Source of the DNA: Spirochaetota bacterium
GTDB taxonomy: Bacteria > Spirochaetota > UBA4802 > UBA5550
DNA length: 64,000 nt
Assembly (NCBI GenBank): GCA_963664815.2
Contig: CAXXHB010000003.1
Location: 1,600,001 to 1,664,000, forward strand
Reading direction: 5' to 3'
Position numbers and translations under genes: made by a program. Positions 47,998 through 59,031 of this stretch are shown piece by piece (the stretch's first letter is position 1; each line of letters begins with the position of its first letter). Under the pieces are notes generated by a model. The model was given only the letters and a program-made list of their open reading frames with translations, did not search any database and had not been told where the DNA came from.

Positions 47998-49155
47998 ATG
48001 AATGAACCAATAACAATTATAAATAATATCAGTATTTACCAGGGAATATTCCTTGTAATTGTTCTATTTAACAGAAAAGATAATAAATTTTCAAATAGGT
48101 TACTTGCTGCATTTTTATTTATTTCAACTCTATGCTCAATTGCAATCTCTCTTGCAATAAAAAGTAAGCCTGCACTTGTATATATACTGACATTTTTTAT
48201 CTTTCCACTGATGTTTTTATACGGCCCTATAATTTATTTTTATACAAAATCGATGACAGGTGATATAAACAGGTTAATAAAGAAAAATATATATCATCTT
48301 CTTCCCTCAATATTGATATTTTTAATTTATCTGATTGTTAATAGCTCCAATAAAAATAATTCTTTTGATTATTACTATTTAAAAATATTTATATTAGTGT
48401 TTTCGATACTCATGCCGGTATTTATTATAATTTATATTATTTTTTCATTGAAGGTGTTGGACCAGTATTCAAAAGAAATTGAAAATTTCTTTTCCAACGT
48501 AGAGGGCCTCAGGATTTTATGGATAAAAATTTTTATTGGAATAATACTAGTTTTGTCTCTTTATTACGATGCGATATCTTGGCTCAAAATTTTTAATATA
48601 ATAGATTCGTTGTTTTCACAGATTTTTACTCTTATCAACTCTTGTTTTATAATTATTACAGCGTTTTTTCTGTTGAATAATCCGGATATTTTCAAACATA
48701 CTCATAAGTCACTGATAGAATTAGCTGAATCAAAAAGGAGAATGCAAGAAGTATTTAATAAAGAAGCAAAAATTAAATATGAAAGAAGTAATATTGACAG
48801 TAGCAGAAAAGATGAATATCAAAAAATATTAGTCACTTATATGAAAGAAAAAAAACCTTATCTTGAAGAAAATATAACTTTAAAAGATCTGGCTAATGAG
48901 TTGTCAATGCCACCTTATCATCTATCGCTTGTTATTAATGAGCGGATGAATATGAATTTTTTTAATTTTATTAATTCTTATCGTATAGAAGAGGTAATAA
49001 ATAAATTGTCAGATCCTGATAAATTAAACAAAAATATTCTGAATATTGCATTTGAGTCAGGTTTTAATTCTAAATCATCCTTCAATATAGCTTTCAAAAG
49101 CTTAACCGGCATGACTCCTACTGAATTTAAAAAACAAAAACTGTTAAAAGTCTGA
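47998..49155 (+). CDS. Membrane-bound AraC family regulator
   Basis: ~7 TM N-terminus (LYGP, HLLP); C-terminal NFFNFINSYR...IAFESGFNSKSSFN.AFK..TGMTP. Confidence 0.92.
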   Translation: MNEPITIINNISIYQGIFLVIVLFNRKDNKFSNRLLAAFLFISTLCSIAISLAIKSKPALVYILTFFIFPLMFLYGPIIYFYTKSMTGDINRLIKKNIYHLLPSILIFLIYLIVNSSNKNNSFDYYYLKIFILVFSILMPVFIIIYIIFSLKVLDQYSKEIENFFSNVEGLRILWIKIFIGIILVLSLYYDAISWLKIFNIIDSLFSQIFTLINSCFIIITAFFLLNNPDIFKHTHKSLIELAESKRRMQEVFNKEAKIKYERSNIDSSRKDEYQKILVTYMKEKKPYLEENITLKDLANELSMPPYHLSLVINERMNMNFFNFINSYRIEEVINKLSDPDKLNKNILNIAFESGFNSKSSFNIAFKSLTGMTPTEFKKQKLLKV

Positions 49156-49286
49156 CCTCCATTTTTTTCGTTCGACCTTATAATCAAAGACGACTTTCAC
49201 TTCAAAATGGTCAATTCTAAACAGAATCGTATTGCAGTTTAAAATTACAAGTATATTTCACTCTTGCGCAATATAGCCTAGAGTAA

Positions 49287-50369
49287 ATGTCAGAAAGATT
49301 TGATCAATGGCAATACTATTTAATGTTAATTAACTGGAATACTATTATGCGCCTTCAAACAGGTATTTGTCTAACAATTTTCACTATATCATTAAGCTTT
49401 TATAGTAACAATGCATATGCGGTCGGGCCGTCTACATCTTCAAAAGGTTTTAGCGGGAAGATTGTTTTTGGAGGTCAGACAGTTACTTTGAAAAGTAATA
49501 TGATATATGGTCTTTCAGATTATAACAACTATTACGATAAAACAGACAACAATTCATCTGAATCTGCAGAAACTGAAACGATAATCAATCCCATATTTTC
49601 TCCGGGCATAGCCTATACATTTGAAAATAATACAAAAATATTTTTTTTAACAAAAAGCCTTGAACCATACAGTACAAATGACAGCGGTGTTTTTCTCGGC
49701 ATCTCATGTGAGAAAATTAATGGTATTGGAAATATCGGTATTTCGGGGATTTACGGAGTACCTGTAATGACATGGAAAGATCCATATGCTGTAAGCAGGG
49801 AAACGACAGAATCGGGCTGCTTCGGTGTATCAGCAGAGTGGGAAAAATTATTTGGTTCAAATTTCAATTTAAATTATATGTTCAGAAAGCTGACCATTGA
49901 AAATGAAAAGAGTGGAGAGACTGAAGGACTTTTATCGGATGAGATGGATTTACTTAAAAGAGATGGCTACCATCATAGAGCTGGAGCAGAATATATAGTT
50001 TTTATAGGGGGCTATACGAATATTTTAAAATTTGGATTTGATTATGACATCTATGATCTTGAAGGAGATGCTATGAGCTTTAAACGCTATACCGGAAAGA
50101 TGGCTTATACTTATATAAATACTGAATATCAGTTTAATATTAATTTATCAGCTCTGTATGCATATTCACAAAATGAAGAAATAAATCCATTATTTGAGAA
50201 AACTATTAAGACTAAAAAGGGTGGAGGTTCAATAACAGTTATGAAGGAACATTTTATATCTGACCTGGATTTAATAGTTAATATTCAATCTTATTTAAAT
50301 GTCACGAACCAGGATTTCTATGATTCATATTCATTAAGCATCGGCGCAGGATTGATTTATCACATATAA
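49287..50369 (+). CDS. Outer-membrane beta-barrel protein (DUF2860-like)
   Basis: Signal peptide (start probably ATG 49347), WKDPY motif, alternating beta strands, C-terminal GLIYHI. Confidence 0.7.
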   Translation: MSERFDQWQYYLMLINWNTIMRLQTGICLTIFTISLSFYSNNAYAVGPSTSSKGFSGKIVFGGQTVTLKSNMIYGLSDYNNYYDKTDNNSSESAETETIINPIFSPGIAYTFENNTKIFFLTKSLEPYSTNDSGVFLGISCEKINGIGNIGISGIYGVPVMTWKDPYAVSRETTESGCFGVSAEWEKLFGSNFNLNYMFRKLTIENEKSGETEGLLSDEMDLLKRDGYHHRAGAEYIVFIGGYTNILKFGFDYDIYDLEGDAMSFKRYTGKMAYTYINTEYQFNINLSALYAYSQNEEINPLFEKTIKTKKGGGSITVMKEHFISDLDLIVNIQSYLNVTNQDFYDSYSLSIGAGLIYHI

Positions 50370-50425
50370 ATACTATAAATCGTAAAGTAAAATATTAATA
50401 TTAAATTTTAAAATGTAGATAAAAA

Positions 50426-53400
50426 ATGAATATAGCAAAACTTGCAATCAAACGTCCTGTATTTATCACAAGTATAGTTGCAATAATTGTAATTCTTGGA
50501 GCTTTCTCATATAAAAATATCGGTGTAGAGATGCTTCCTGATATGTCGTTTCCCACATTGAGCATCACTACGGTCTATTCCGGATCATCTCCGGATGAGA
50601 TAGAGCAGCTTATAACAAAACCTCTTGAGGATGAACTCGGGGCTATATCCGGCATCAAGCACATGAGTTCCGAAAGTAAGGAGGGATTGTCTCTGATAAC
50701 AATAGAATTTGGTATGGAGGTAAACCTTGACAGAGCGGCGCAGGATGTGCGGGACAAAATCAGCGTGGCAAAAAATAATCTTCCTGATGATATAGCAGAA
50801 GATCCTGTCGTTTCGAAAATAGATTTTGATGCACAGCCTGTAATACGAGTGGCACTGATATCAGACCTCCCTGCCGGTGATGTGTATGACATTGCCAAGG
50901 AAACCATAAAACCAAAACTTGAGAAGATAAATGATGTTGGGAATGTGCAGATAACAGGTGGCAGCCGGAGGGAGATACAGATCGAAATAGATCAGAACAA
51001 AGTCAATGAATATGTTGTTCCTATGACCAGGATAGTAAACCGTATAAAGAATTCCGGATCAAATGTTCCAATAGGAAAACAGGAGGAAGGGTTTAATGAG
51101 ACTGTATTCAGAGCGATGGGTGAATATACTACCCTTGATCAGATACGTGATACAATGATCTCGTTTTCCGGTGATATGGGAAATTCCATCAGTGTCGGAG
51201 TTTTAGGCTGTGTAAATGATGGGACCAAAGATGTAGAAAGTATAGGATATTTTTATGATTCTCAGAAAATGAACAATATGCGGGTCCAGTCGTGCATATA
51301 CATCGATGTTATTAAACAGTCCGGTAAAAATACTGTCACTGTAGCAGATGCTGTTAAGTCAAAAATTGATGAGATAAATGCAGGTTTAAAGCAGGTTAAA
51401 GGGAATTCATATGTAAGAATAATATCGGATCAGTCAAAGTGGATTAAGACCAATGTTGAAGAGACTGTTAGTGCAATTATAATGGGGATAATCCTTGCCG
51501 TGATTATTGTTTATCTTTTTCTTGGAAATATCCGGTCCACTATTATTACCGGTATAGCCATCCCTAACAGTCTTCTTGGCGCAGTTATACTGATGGATGT
51601 TATGGGATACACTTTTAATATGATGACACTTATGGCGCTTTCACTGGTAGTAGGTCTTCTTGTTGATGACGCAATAGTTGTAAGAGAGAATATCTTCCGG
51701 AAAATTGAAGATGGGCATGATTCGTTTAAAGCAGCTGAGATCGGGACCACAGAGGTTACACTTGCGGTTATAGCTACGACATTAGCCATAGTTTCAGTTT
51801 TTTTTCCTATAGGAATGCTTACCGGTGTAATTGGAAAAGTGTTTAAACAGTTCGGCTTTACAGTAGTTTTTGCCATGATTGTAAGTCTCTTTGATGCGCT
51901 GACTGTTGCGCCATTTTTAAGTGCATACTTTGCCGGCGATGGTAAAAAGTCACAGAATAAAGTCGTGGTACTTTTTGAAAAGTTCCAGGCTAAAATGGAG
52001 GAGTACTATATCTCGATAATGGGATACTGCCTTAGACATCCGCTTATTGTTATAACAGCGGCAATTATGATATTTGCAGTCAGTATCGGGCTGCTATCTT
52101 TCGTTAAGCAGACATTTATAGCCCAGACTGACAACGGGGATTTTGCAGTAAATATTGAAATGCCTGCAGGTACCAGCCTCAAGGGCACCGCTGAAACAAT
52201 TTCAAAAATTGAAGAGAACCTCAGAGAGTTCTGTGATATTGATTATTACGGTGTAACGATAGGGAACTCCAATGGCGAAGTAAGAAAAGGGCAGATCATC
52301 TGTTTTCTACGTAAAGACAGAAAGATCGGTACAGTTGAGGTTAAAGAAAAGATAAGATCATTCCTTACAAAATTTGAGTATGCACATCCTACTGTCGGTA
52401 ATAAAGGGGGCACAGGTACACCCTTTTCACTTATTGTATCAGGAAAAGATCTGGCAACAGTGGAGAAAACAGCATCTATGATTATGAATCAGATTCGTAC
52501 AATATCTGATCTTACAGACATAGACTCATCAGCGAAAAAAGGTGGTAAAGAATTCAGGGTAATTTTTAACAAGTCTAAAATGCGTTCTCTCGGCATATCA
52601 AACAGTGTTGTGGGAATGGAGCTCAGATATAATGTCGCAGGTGCCGTAGTGGGGAAATTACGGGAAAATGGTATCGAATATGACATACGGGCCCGTTTAA
52701 AACCGGAGCAGAGGGATCTTCGTAAAAGATTCTATGAAACCAGGGTTCCGAATGCGGACAACAGGATGATACCTCTCAGCTCTATATCAAGAGGAGAATA
52801 CACAGCCGGATCTGCCCAGATAAGCAGAAGGGATAGAGCTTATGTTGTAAAGATAACAGCCAACCTTGCTAAGAATGGAGCTGTTGGAAGTGCCATGGCA
52901 AAGGCTAAAGATATTATAAAAAACAAAATGCAGCTTCCTCCAGATGTTGCATATTCGTTCAGCGGCGACTCTGAAAATTTTGCTGAGACCGGAGCGAGTG
53001 TAATTTTTGCTCTTGTTCTGGCAATTGTTTTTATATTTCTGGTGTTGTCCAGCCTCTATGAATCTTTTATTACGCCGTTTTCGATATTACTTGCAATACC
53101 TTTTGCTCTGACGGGCGCTTTATTGGCGCTTTTTGTGACAGGGGTAATGCTTGATCTGTTCAGCATGATTGGTATGGTTATGCTGATTGGAATTGTTACG
53201 AAGAACTCAATCCTGTTGGTTGACAATGCCGTACACGGTGTAAATTCCGGACTCGACAGGAAAGAGGCAATATTGCAAGCCGGGAAGAGAAGGCTCAGGC
53301 CAATTCTCATGACAACATTTGCCATGGTTGCCGGGACAATTCCGCTGGCTATGGGGATCGGAGAAGCAGCAAAACTGAGACAGTCAATGGGTATTTCAAT

Positions 53401-53530
53401 AATAGGTGGTCTCATAGTATCGACTCTTGTAACGCTGATTATGGTCCCGGCGGTATACGAATACATAGACAGATTCAGAGAGGCAACCGAAGGCAGAATT
53501 CTTATAAGAAAGGAAGAAAATGAACTTTAA
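50426..53530 (+). CDS. RND efflux transporter permease (AcrB/AcrD/AcrF family)
   Basis: AIKRPV, GLLVDDAIVVRENI, KNSILLVD, RLRPILMTT. Confidence 0.95.
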   Translation: MNIAKLAIKRPVFITSIVAIIVILGAFSYKNIGVEMLPDMSFPTLSITTVYSGSSPDEIEQLITKPLEDELGAISGIKHMSSESKEGLSLITIEFGMEVNLDRAAQDVRDKISVAKNNLPDDIAEDPVVSKIDFDAQPVIRVALISDLPAGDVYDIAKETIKPKLEKINDVGNVQITGGSRREIQIEIDQNKVNEYVVPMTRIVNRIKNSGSNVPIGKQEEGFNETVFRAMGEYTTLDQIRDTMISFSGDMGNSISVGVLGCVNDGTKDVESIGYFYDSQKMNNMRVQSCIYIDVIKQSGKNTVTVADAVKSKIDEINAGLKQVKGNSYVRIISDQSKWIKTNVEETVSAIIMGIILAVIIVYLFLGNIRSTIITGIAIPNSLLGAVILMDVMGYTFNMMTLMALSLVVGLLVDDAIVVRENIFRKIEDGHDSFKAAEIGTTEVTLAVIATTLAIVSVFFPIGMLTGVIGKVFKQFGFTVVFAMIVSLFDALTVAPFLSAYFAGDGKKSQNKVVVLFEKFQAKMEEYYISIMGYCLRHPLIVITAAIMIFAVSIGLLSFVKQTFIAQTDNGDFAVNIEMPAGTSLKGTAETISKIEENLREFCDIDYYGVTIGNSNGEVRKGQIICFLRKDRKIGTVEVKEKIRSFLTKFEYAHPTVGNKGGTGTPFSLIVSGKDLATVEKTASMIMNQIRTISDLTDIDSSAKKGGKEFRVIFNKSKMRSLGISNSVVGMELRYNVAGAVVGKLRENGIEYDIRARLKPEQRDLRKRFYETRVPNADNRMIPLSSISRGEYTAGSAQISRRDRAYVVKITANLAKNGAVGSAMAKAKDIIKNKMQLPPDVAYSFSGDSENFAETGASVIFALVLAIVFIFLVLSSLYESFITPFSILLAIPFALTGALLALFVTGVMLDLFSMIGMVMLIGIVTKNSILLVDNAVHGVNSGLDRKEAILQAGKRRLRPILMTTFAMVAGTIPLAMGIGEAAKLRQSMGISIIGGLIVSTLVTLIMVPAVYEYIDRFREATEGRILIRKEENEL

Positions 53531-53822
53531 GTGCAATCATTATAAAAGGTATTATGTTTAATCAGATAAATCCCTGCCTTATCCGATTATAATTATTATT
53601 GAATGATCTGATTCCGGGAAATGTAGAATTACAAAATAAATAATTTACATATTGTGGTATGCAGTTCAATAAGACGTTATTTCTTTATTCAAGAGGATTG
53701 TAATGGAACCGCGTATTGAAAAAGTTATATTCAGGCATATGTCTGGAATTAATATGGAGATGGCAATTACCGGAGACAAAGCTCCTGCGGTTGGGCAAAG
53801 TTTCAATCTTCATAGAAAAAAA

Positions 53823-54569
53823 ATGAAAAAGAGGACTATATTTGTATGCTGCTGTCTTTTACTGCAGATGTGTCTGCCGTTCAGCATTATTCATAAGAAC
53901 ATTGCTGCGGAAAGTTTTTCTGTTCAGCCAGACATGTCCCCTGATGAGTGGACATATACCCGCCTTGAAAATTTTGTGACAGGCACAATGGTAAAACGTG
54001 CCGATTGGGCCAATCTGCCACCCAATGATGGCAGTAGAAATGGTTTTTACCATGCTGAAAGAAAACCTGTCAGATTTATCGGCATTCATCACGATGGTTC
54101 ATCGGATTCAACATTAACATCTGTATTGAATTATCATATTAAAAAAAACGGCTGGGGGGATATTGCGTATCATTATATAATAGATAAAAAAGGACGAATC
54201 TACGCGGGGAGAGCTCCAGACAGGGCTTCCGATACCAACGACGTTTTTGAAAGCTATGGGGAAGAGAGACTTTCATGTATTATAAATATACTTCTTCTCG
54301 GGAATTACGATATAGAAAAAATTCAGGCTGATTCACCGCAGATACAGAGTGCAAAACTTCTTGTAAGCTATCTTTACTTGAAATATCCGCTTGTTGATCC
54401 GGATTCAATCCGCGGGCATAGAGATTTTATAACAGATTCAGAAAATGCAAAGAGTCAGATAACCTGCCCGGGAAAAAATATGTACAGCCCTGTAAACATG
54501 ATTGATGAGATTAAAAATTTTGTACAAAGAGTTGCAATTACAAATAAAGCGCAAAGAAAAAAAGGGTAG
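53823..54569 (+). CDS. N-acetylmuramoyl-L-alanine amidase (Amidase_2/PGRP-like), exported
   Basis: IHHDG, GWGDIAYHYII, GNYD, GHRDF, TCPG; signal-peptide start at ATG 53823. Confidence 0.88.
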   Translation: MKKRTIFVCCCLLLQMCLPFSIIHKNIAAESFSVQPDMSPDEWTYTRLENFVTGTMVKRADWANLPPNDGSRNGFYHAERKPVRFIGIHHDGSSDSTLTSVLNYHIKKNGWGDIAYHYIIDKKGRIYAGRAPDRASDTNDVFESYGEERLSCIINILLLGNYDIEKIQADSPQIQSAKLLVSYLYLKYPLVDPDSIRGHRDFITDSENAKSQITCPGKNMYSPVNMIDEIKNFVQRVAITNKAQRKKG

Positions 54570-54654
54570 TGCATGCGATGAGGTTTCTCATTACTATATA
54601 TTTCAGGCTGAGAATCTCCATTAATAATAAAACAAAACAGAGCCGGTTTGTATT

Positions 54655-55587
54655 ATGAAGAAAAGCAGGAAACGCCTTGTATATGAGCAGCGCATATATC
54701 GTGTGCAGGATTACATAAGTACACATTTTGACCAGGAGCTGAATCTCGAAAAACTGGCTCAGATATCCGCTTTTTCGCCATTCCATTTCCACAGAATATT
54801 CAAGGCTATTGCAGGTGAAACACTTTATGATTTTATTCAGAGAATAAGACTGGAAAAATCATGCGCAATGCTATCCTCAGATAACGACATGAGAATCATT
54901 GATATTGCCCTCTGCTGTGGTTTTTCTACACCATCATCATTTTCAAAAGCCTTTAAACAGCGATATAATATAAGTCCATCGGAATGGCGTAATGGCGATT
55001 ACCGGAAAAACAGCAATTCAGGAAAGCAGATAAGCAATAATGGAACATATGAAAGCAAAACAGGCAAAGAAAAACATTCTCCTGCAGGTTATAGTAGAGA
55101 AAACGATTTGGAACAAAACAGGAGAAAAAAAATGAATGTAAAGATTGAAGTGTTTCCGGAGTATCGTATTGCCTATATGCGTCAGATTGGTCCTTACGGG
55201 CCAGATAATGTTCAGTTAATGGAAAAACTGAAGAAATGGGCAGCTGCAAGAGAACTGCTCGCTGAATCTGCAATAATTCTTGGAATTGCTCATGATGACC
55301 CGGATATTACACCTCCGGAAAAATGCCGCTATGATTGCTGCATTGTTATACCGGATGATTATAAACCTGAAAGCAACATCAACGAAAATAAACTCCCTGG
55401 CGGACGATATGCAGTTTATCAGGTTAAGCATACTGCAGCGGATATCGGAAATGCATGGAATGATATTTTTTCAGTCTGGCTGCCGGACAGCGGATATCAG
55501 ATTGATGACAGGCCGATCTTTGAAAGATATGCCGGCACAATGGAGGAGGTTACATGTGAGATTTGTATTCCGGTAAAGGCATTATAG
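54655..55587 (+). CDS. AraC family regulator with GyrI-like effector domain
   Basis: FSPFHFHRIF, GFSTPSSFSKAFK; GPYG, HDDP..TPPEKCRYD, WLPDSGY. Confidence 0.93.
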   Translation: MKKSRKRLVYEQRIYRVQDYISTHFDQELNLEKLAQISAFSPFHFHRIFKAIAGETLYDFIQRIRLEKSCAMLSSDNDMRIIDIALCCGFSTPSSFSKAFKQRYNISPSEWRNGDYRKNSNSGKQISNNGTYESKTGKEKHSPAGYSRENDLEQNRRKKMNVKIEVFPEYRIAYMRQIGPYGPDNVQLMEKLKKWAAARELLAESAIILGIAHDDPDITPPEKCRYDCCIVIPDDYKPESNINENKLPGGRYAVYQVKHTAADIGNAWNDIFSVWLPDSGYQIDDRPIFERYAGTMEEVTCEICIPVKAL

Positions 55588-55799
55588 GTATTATGTGACC
55601 ATAGCGGCGGTGAGCTTTCGTCTATACATGAAGGCTCATCGTTTGTGGTGGTATTGATCGTTTATTTCAAATTAAAATACATATTAAGGAATTAACATCG
55701 TATTTATTTATGAAATATTATTCTGTACAAAATTATTTGACATTAACAGCAGAAGTCGTATAAAAGTAATTAAATTAAAATGAAATTCATGGAATCTTT

Positions 55800-56294
55800 A
55801 TGTTACTGAACTCCGGAAATATTAAAAAAAAGTCCCGCATATTAAAAAGTCATTTTTTTGATACAGGGATTCCGGGAGAAATTTCTGATCAGATTTATAA
55901 TGATTACTGTGCAGATCTTGACAATATTCCCGGTATTGAAAATTACAGGCTGATTTCGAAGGATCTTCATGATTCATTAATTTCCATAAGACTGTCAGCA
56001 GATGATGTTATACTGGCTTTGGAGTTATACAATGATTTTGCAGGCAGCTATAAAAAAACACTGATATTTAAAGATGCCCGGATAATATCTTATAATAAAA
56101 TTCTTAAATCCGGTAAAATTTCAAGAATAAACAGGAAGATTGAGCCTTATGAATATTTGTATGATGAACTTTATTATGATGATAATTACTGTTATATAAC
56201 AATAATAGTAACGACAAAAAAAAGAGTTAAAGTTGAAGTTTATTTTCCGATATTGACTATCAGATTTAAAAAGATTGATATAGATAATCTGTAA
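55800..56294 (+). CDS. Hypothetical protein
   Basis: 164-aa ORF with LHDS motif. Confidence 0.6.
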   Translation: MLLNSGNIKKKSRILKSHFFDTGIPGEISDQIYNDYCADLDNIPGIENYRLISKDLHDSLISIRLSADDVILALELYNDFAGSYKKTLIFKDARIISYNKILKSGKISRINRKIEPYEYLYDELYYDDNYCYITIIVTTKKRVKVEVYFPILTIRFKKIDIDNL

Positions 56295-56410
56295 AAGAAT
56301 ATTCCTACAGCAGATTAAAAGTTAAAAGGGCTGTGTCTGCAAAAAATCCAGTTTGCCCGGTTGTTCGCATTGGCAAAAAATATATTTCCCGTTGATTTAA
56401 AGAGGTGCAT

Positions 56411-57322
56411 ATGAGTAATCTTGAATACCATATGAAGCAGGCAGTCGAAGAGGCGATTCTCAGTCTGAGAGAGGGAAATCATGGTTTCGGTTCCGTTATA
56501 ATAAGAGGTGATGAGGTTATATCGAAGGCGCATGATCTTGAAGAAAGCAATTGTGACCCGACTTCACATGCTGAAATAAATGCCATAAAACTCGCTTCAG
56601 GCAGAATCGGTAAAAATCTTGAGGGATGCATATTGCTGTCAACCCATGAACCATGTCCAATGTGTTCAACGGCGATAGTATGGTCGGGGATAAATCATAT
56701 AGCCTATGGTTATTCAATTGATGAATCTGTAAGGCAGGGTCGCAGAAGAATCAATTTAACATGTGAAGAATTATTTAATCGAGCAGGAAAAGCTGTGAGA
56801 ATTGACAAAAATATCTTATCTGAACAATGCGGTATCTTATATCGCCAGGATGTCAGAAATGAAATTAAAAAACTGAGAAACATAACCTGTGAGAAGCTGG
56901 AATTTTATAATGCCGATTCAATAAAAAGAAGAGTGGAATGGTTTGATGAAAAAAAATCAACTTTCAGGTTCATAAGCGATAACCCGGCTGATTCTGCATA
57001 TAAATTACTGCTTCATCGATTTAATATAGACAGTTCAGAAGCCAGGATTGTCGAACAGTCAGGGAGCCGTATTGTATTTCATTCAAAAAATTTTTGTCCG
57101 ACTCTTGAAGCCTGCAAAATACTCGATTACGATACAAGATATATCTGTAAACAATATAATGAAGGTTCAACGGATGCACTTATAAAAAAAATAGACAGCC
57201 GTTTAAAATTTGACAGGAATTATGAAAAGCTGAGGCCATATACAGATTACTGTGAAGAGATGATTGTTTTTGAACAAAATGAGATCAACAGTATAGTAAC
57301 TGGTAATGATCCTGACTATTAA
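56411..57322 (+). CDS. Nucleoside/guanine deaminase-like protein with Cys-containing C-terminal domain
   Basis: PTSHAEINA, EPCPMC Zn motif; C-terminal FCPTLEAC...ICK...YCEE; GAGG RBS. Confidence 0.88.
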   Translation: MSNLEYHMKQAVEEAILSLREGNHGFGSVIIRGDEVISKAHDLEESNCDPTSHAEINAIKLASGRIGKNLEGCILLSTHEPCPMCSTAIVWSGINHIAYGYSIDESVRQGRRRINLTCEELFNRAGKAVRIDKNILSEQCGILYRQDVRNEIKKLRNITCEKLEFYNADSIKRRVEWFDEKKSTFRFISDNPADSAYKLLLHRFNIDSSEARIVEQSGSRIVFHSKNFCPTLEACKILDYDTRYICKQYNEGSTDALIKKIDSRLKFDRNYEKLRPYTDYCEEMIVFEQNEINSIVTGNDPDY

Positions 57323-57408
57323 GTTGTGAACTAAAGGGGAAGTGGTTTCCCCTGCAGAACTTATAATAATTGATTTTCCCGTATTACGGGCTGGATGGTT
57401 CTATAATA

Positions 57409-58092
57409 ATGAAATCAGAGGATTGTGTTGAAAAAATTCTTTTCAGCTGGAGCGGCGGGAAGGATAGTTCACTGGCATTACATGAAATACTGAAATCAGG
57501 GAAGTATAAAGTCGCGGCACTGATGACAACTGTTACTCAGGATTATGACCGGATAAGTATGCATGGCGTTCGTTCTGAGCTTTTATCGAAGCAGGCAGAG
57601 GCGTTAAATCTTTCACTTGAAAAGATGTTTATATCAAAGAATTCATCAAATATGGATTACGAGGAGATAATGGGCCGGTTGCTGAATCAATATCAAAGTA
57701 ACGGTGTAAATACAGTTGCTTTCGGCGATATCTTTCTTGATGACCTCAGGCGTTACCGGGAGGAGAATCTTGCAAAAGTACAGATGAATGCATTGTTCCC
57801 ATTGTGGAAGAAAGACTCAGTTAACCTTGCAGAGTATTTTATCGATTGCGGATTCAGGGCTATATTGACCTGTGTTGATACAGATTGCCTGGATAAAGGT
57901 TTTTGCGGGCGTGAATATGATTTATCGTTGTTGTCAGATCTGCCGGAGAATGTTGATCCATGTGGAGAGAATGGAGAATTCCATACTTTTGTTTATGCAG
58001 GCCCCATATTTGACAGGGAAATTCTCATCGCAAAAGGCGATATTATTTTAAAAGATGAAAGGTTCTGTTTCTGTGATCTGCTTCCGGTTTAA
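57409..58092 (+). CDS. Dph6/MJ0570-like PP-loop ATP pyrophosphatase
   Basis: SWSGGKDS, MHGVR, FGDIFL, DPCGENGEFHTFV. Confidence 0.92.
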   Translation: MKSEDCVEKILFSWSGGKDSSLALHEILKSGKYKVAALMTTVTQDYDRISMHGVRSELLSKQAEALNLSLEKMFISKNSSNMDYEEIMGRLLNQYQSNGVNTVAFGDIFLDDLRRYREENLAKVQMNALFPLWKKDSVNLAEYFIDCGFRAILTCVDTDCLDKGFCGREYDLSLLSDLPENVDPCGENGEFHTFVYAGPIFDREILIAKGDIILKDERFCFCDLLPV

Positions 58093-58388
58093 CATTTTAT
58101 TTTTTTAACAAAACCCTGTATTATAAACCTGTGGAAAATTCCGGAATAGAAACCGCTGCCTTATTATCTTCATCCGAACATAATGTGGATTAAAAAAAAC
58201 TGCAGGTTTATTTAAAACGCGCCTCATAATTGACATCATATCAGGAATGGTTTTAACCCGGTCGGCAGATAATATGTGATATTTTTTAATTGAATATCAG
58301 AGTCTTAAATAATACAATTGGAAACAGAACTGTAACTATTCAGTAAATAAGCTGAAACGAATTTACTGATTGTGGAGAGTAGTAATAA

Positions 58389-58880
58389 ATGAAAAAAGAG
58401 ATAAAAATAGATTCAGAGGATTTAATAAATGCGTTCGAAGATCATAGTGATTCATTTGAATACTTCCTGGATCTGGAAAATGGAAATGTAGTTGTCTTCC
58501 CCAAAGATTCTTCTGAGGATGAATTTGAAGAAGAACCGGCAGAGTCAGAGGGTTATAACCGTGAGATAGTTGAAAATAATCCCGGCAGATTCATTTATGT
58601 TGATCCAATTGAATCCAATGAAAGTTTTGAGATCATGGAAGATTTTACATCAACACTTTCAGATGACGTAATAAAAGATAAATTAATTTCAGCTTTATCA
58701 AAAAGAAAACCGTTCAGACATTTTAAAGATGCATTATATGACTTTCCTGCGGTACAAAAAGAATGGTATAAATTTCATGAAGAAGAAATGGAAAAAATTG
58801 CATATGAGTGGCTTGAAGCTTATAATATAAAGGGTGAATTAATACGGAAATATTATGTTGAAGATAAAGAGAAAGAATAA
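58389..58880 (+). CDS. UPF0158 family protein
   Basis: YFLDLENG, FEIMEDF, KPFRHFKDAL, WYKF. Confidence 0.85.
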   Translation: MKKEIKIDSEDLINAFEDHSDSFEYFLDLENGNVVVFPKDSSEDEFEEEPAESEGYNREIVENNPGRFIYVDPIESNESFEIMEDFTSTLSDDVIKDKLISALSKRKPFRHFKDALYDFPAVQKEWYKFHEEEMEKIAYEWLEAYNIKGELIRKYYVEDKEKE

Positions 58881-59031
58881 ATTATCATTAATATTTTTAG
58901 AAAAAACAGCTTAATATCGGCAACAGCATATACCGGATTTCCTATTCTGTACTGCGGAAAGAATTGCCTGCCTGCATAGTGTTTTGTAAACAGATTGATT
59001 TTTAAGTAATTTATTAATTCAATGGATAATT

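Noticed and set aside
55616-55625. TTTCGTCTAT copy upstream of ORF55800 as a regulon member
   Set aside because: It lies within a terminator-like hairpin after the AraC gene and ~175 bp from the next start; ambiguous, so not counted
57409-58092. Diphthamide biosynthesis in a bacterium
   Set aside because: Dph6/MJ0570-like PP-loop proteins are widespread in bacteria without the other dph genes
42594-58880. Integron cassette array (long run of co-oriented standalone genes with intergenic hairpins, e.g. ~47746-47788, ~55599-55648)
   Set aside because: The hairpins lack RYYYAAC/GTTRRRY attC cores, do not resemble each other, and no IntI integrase is present
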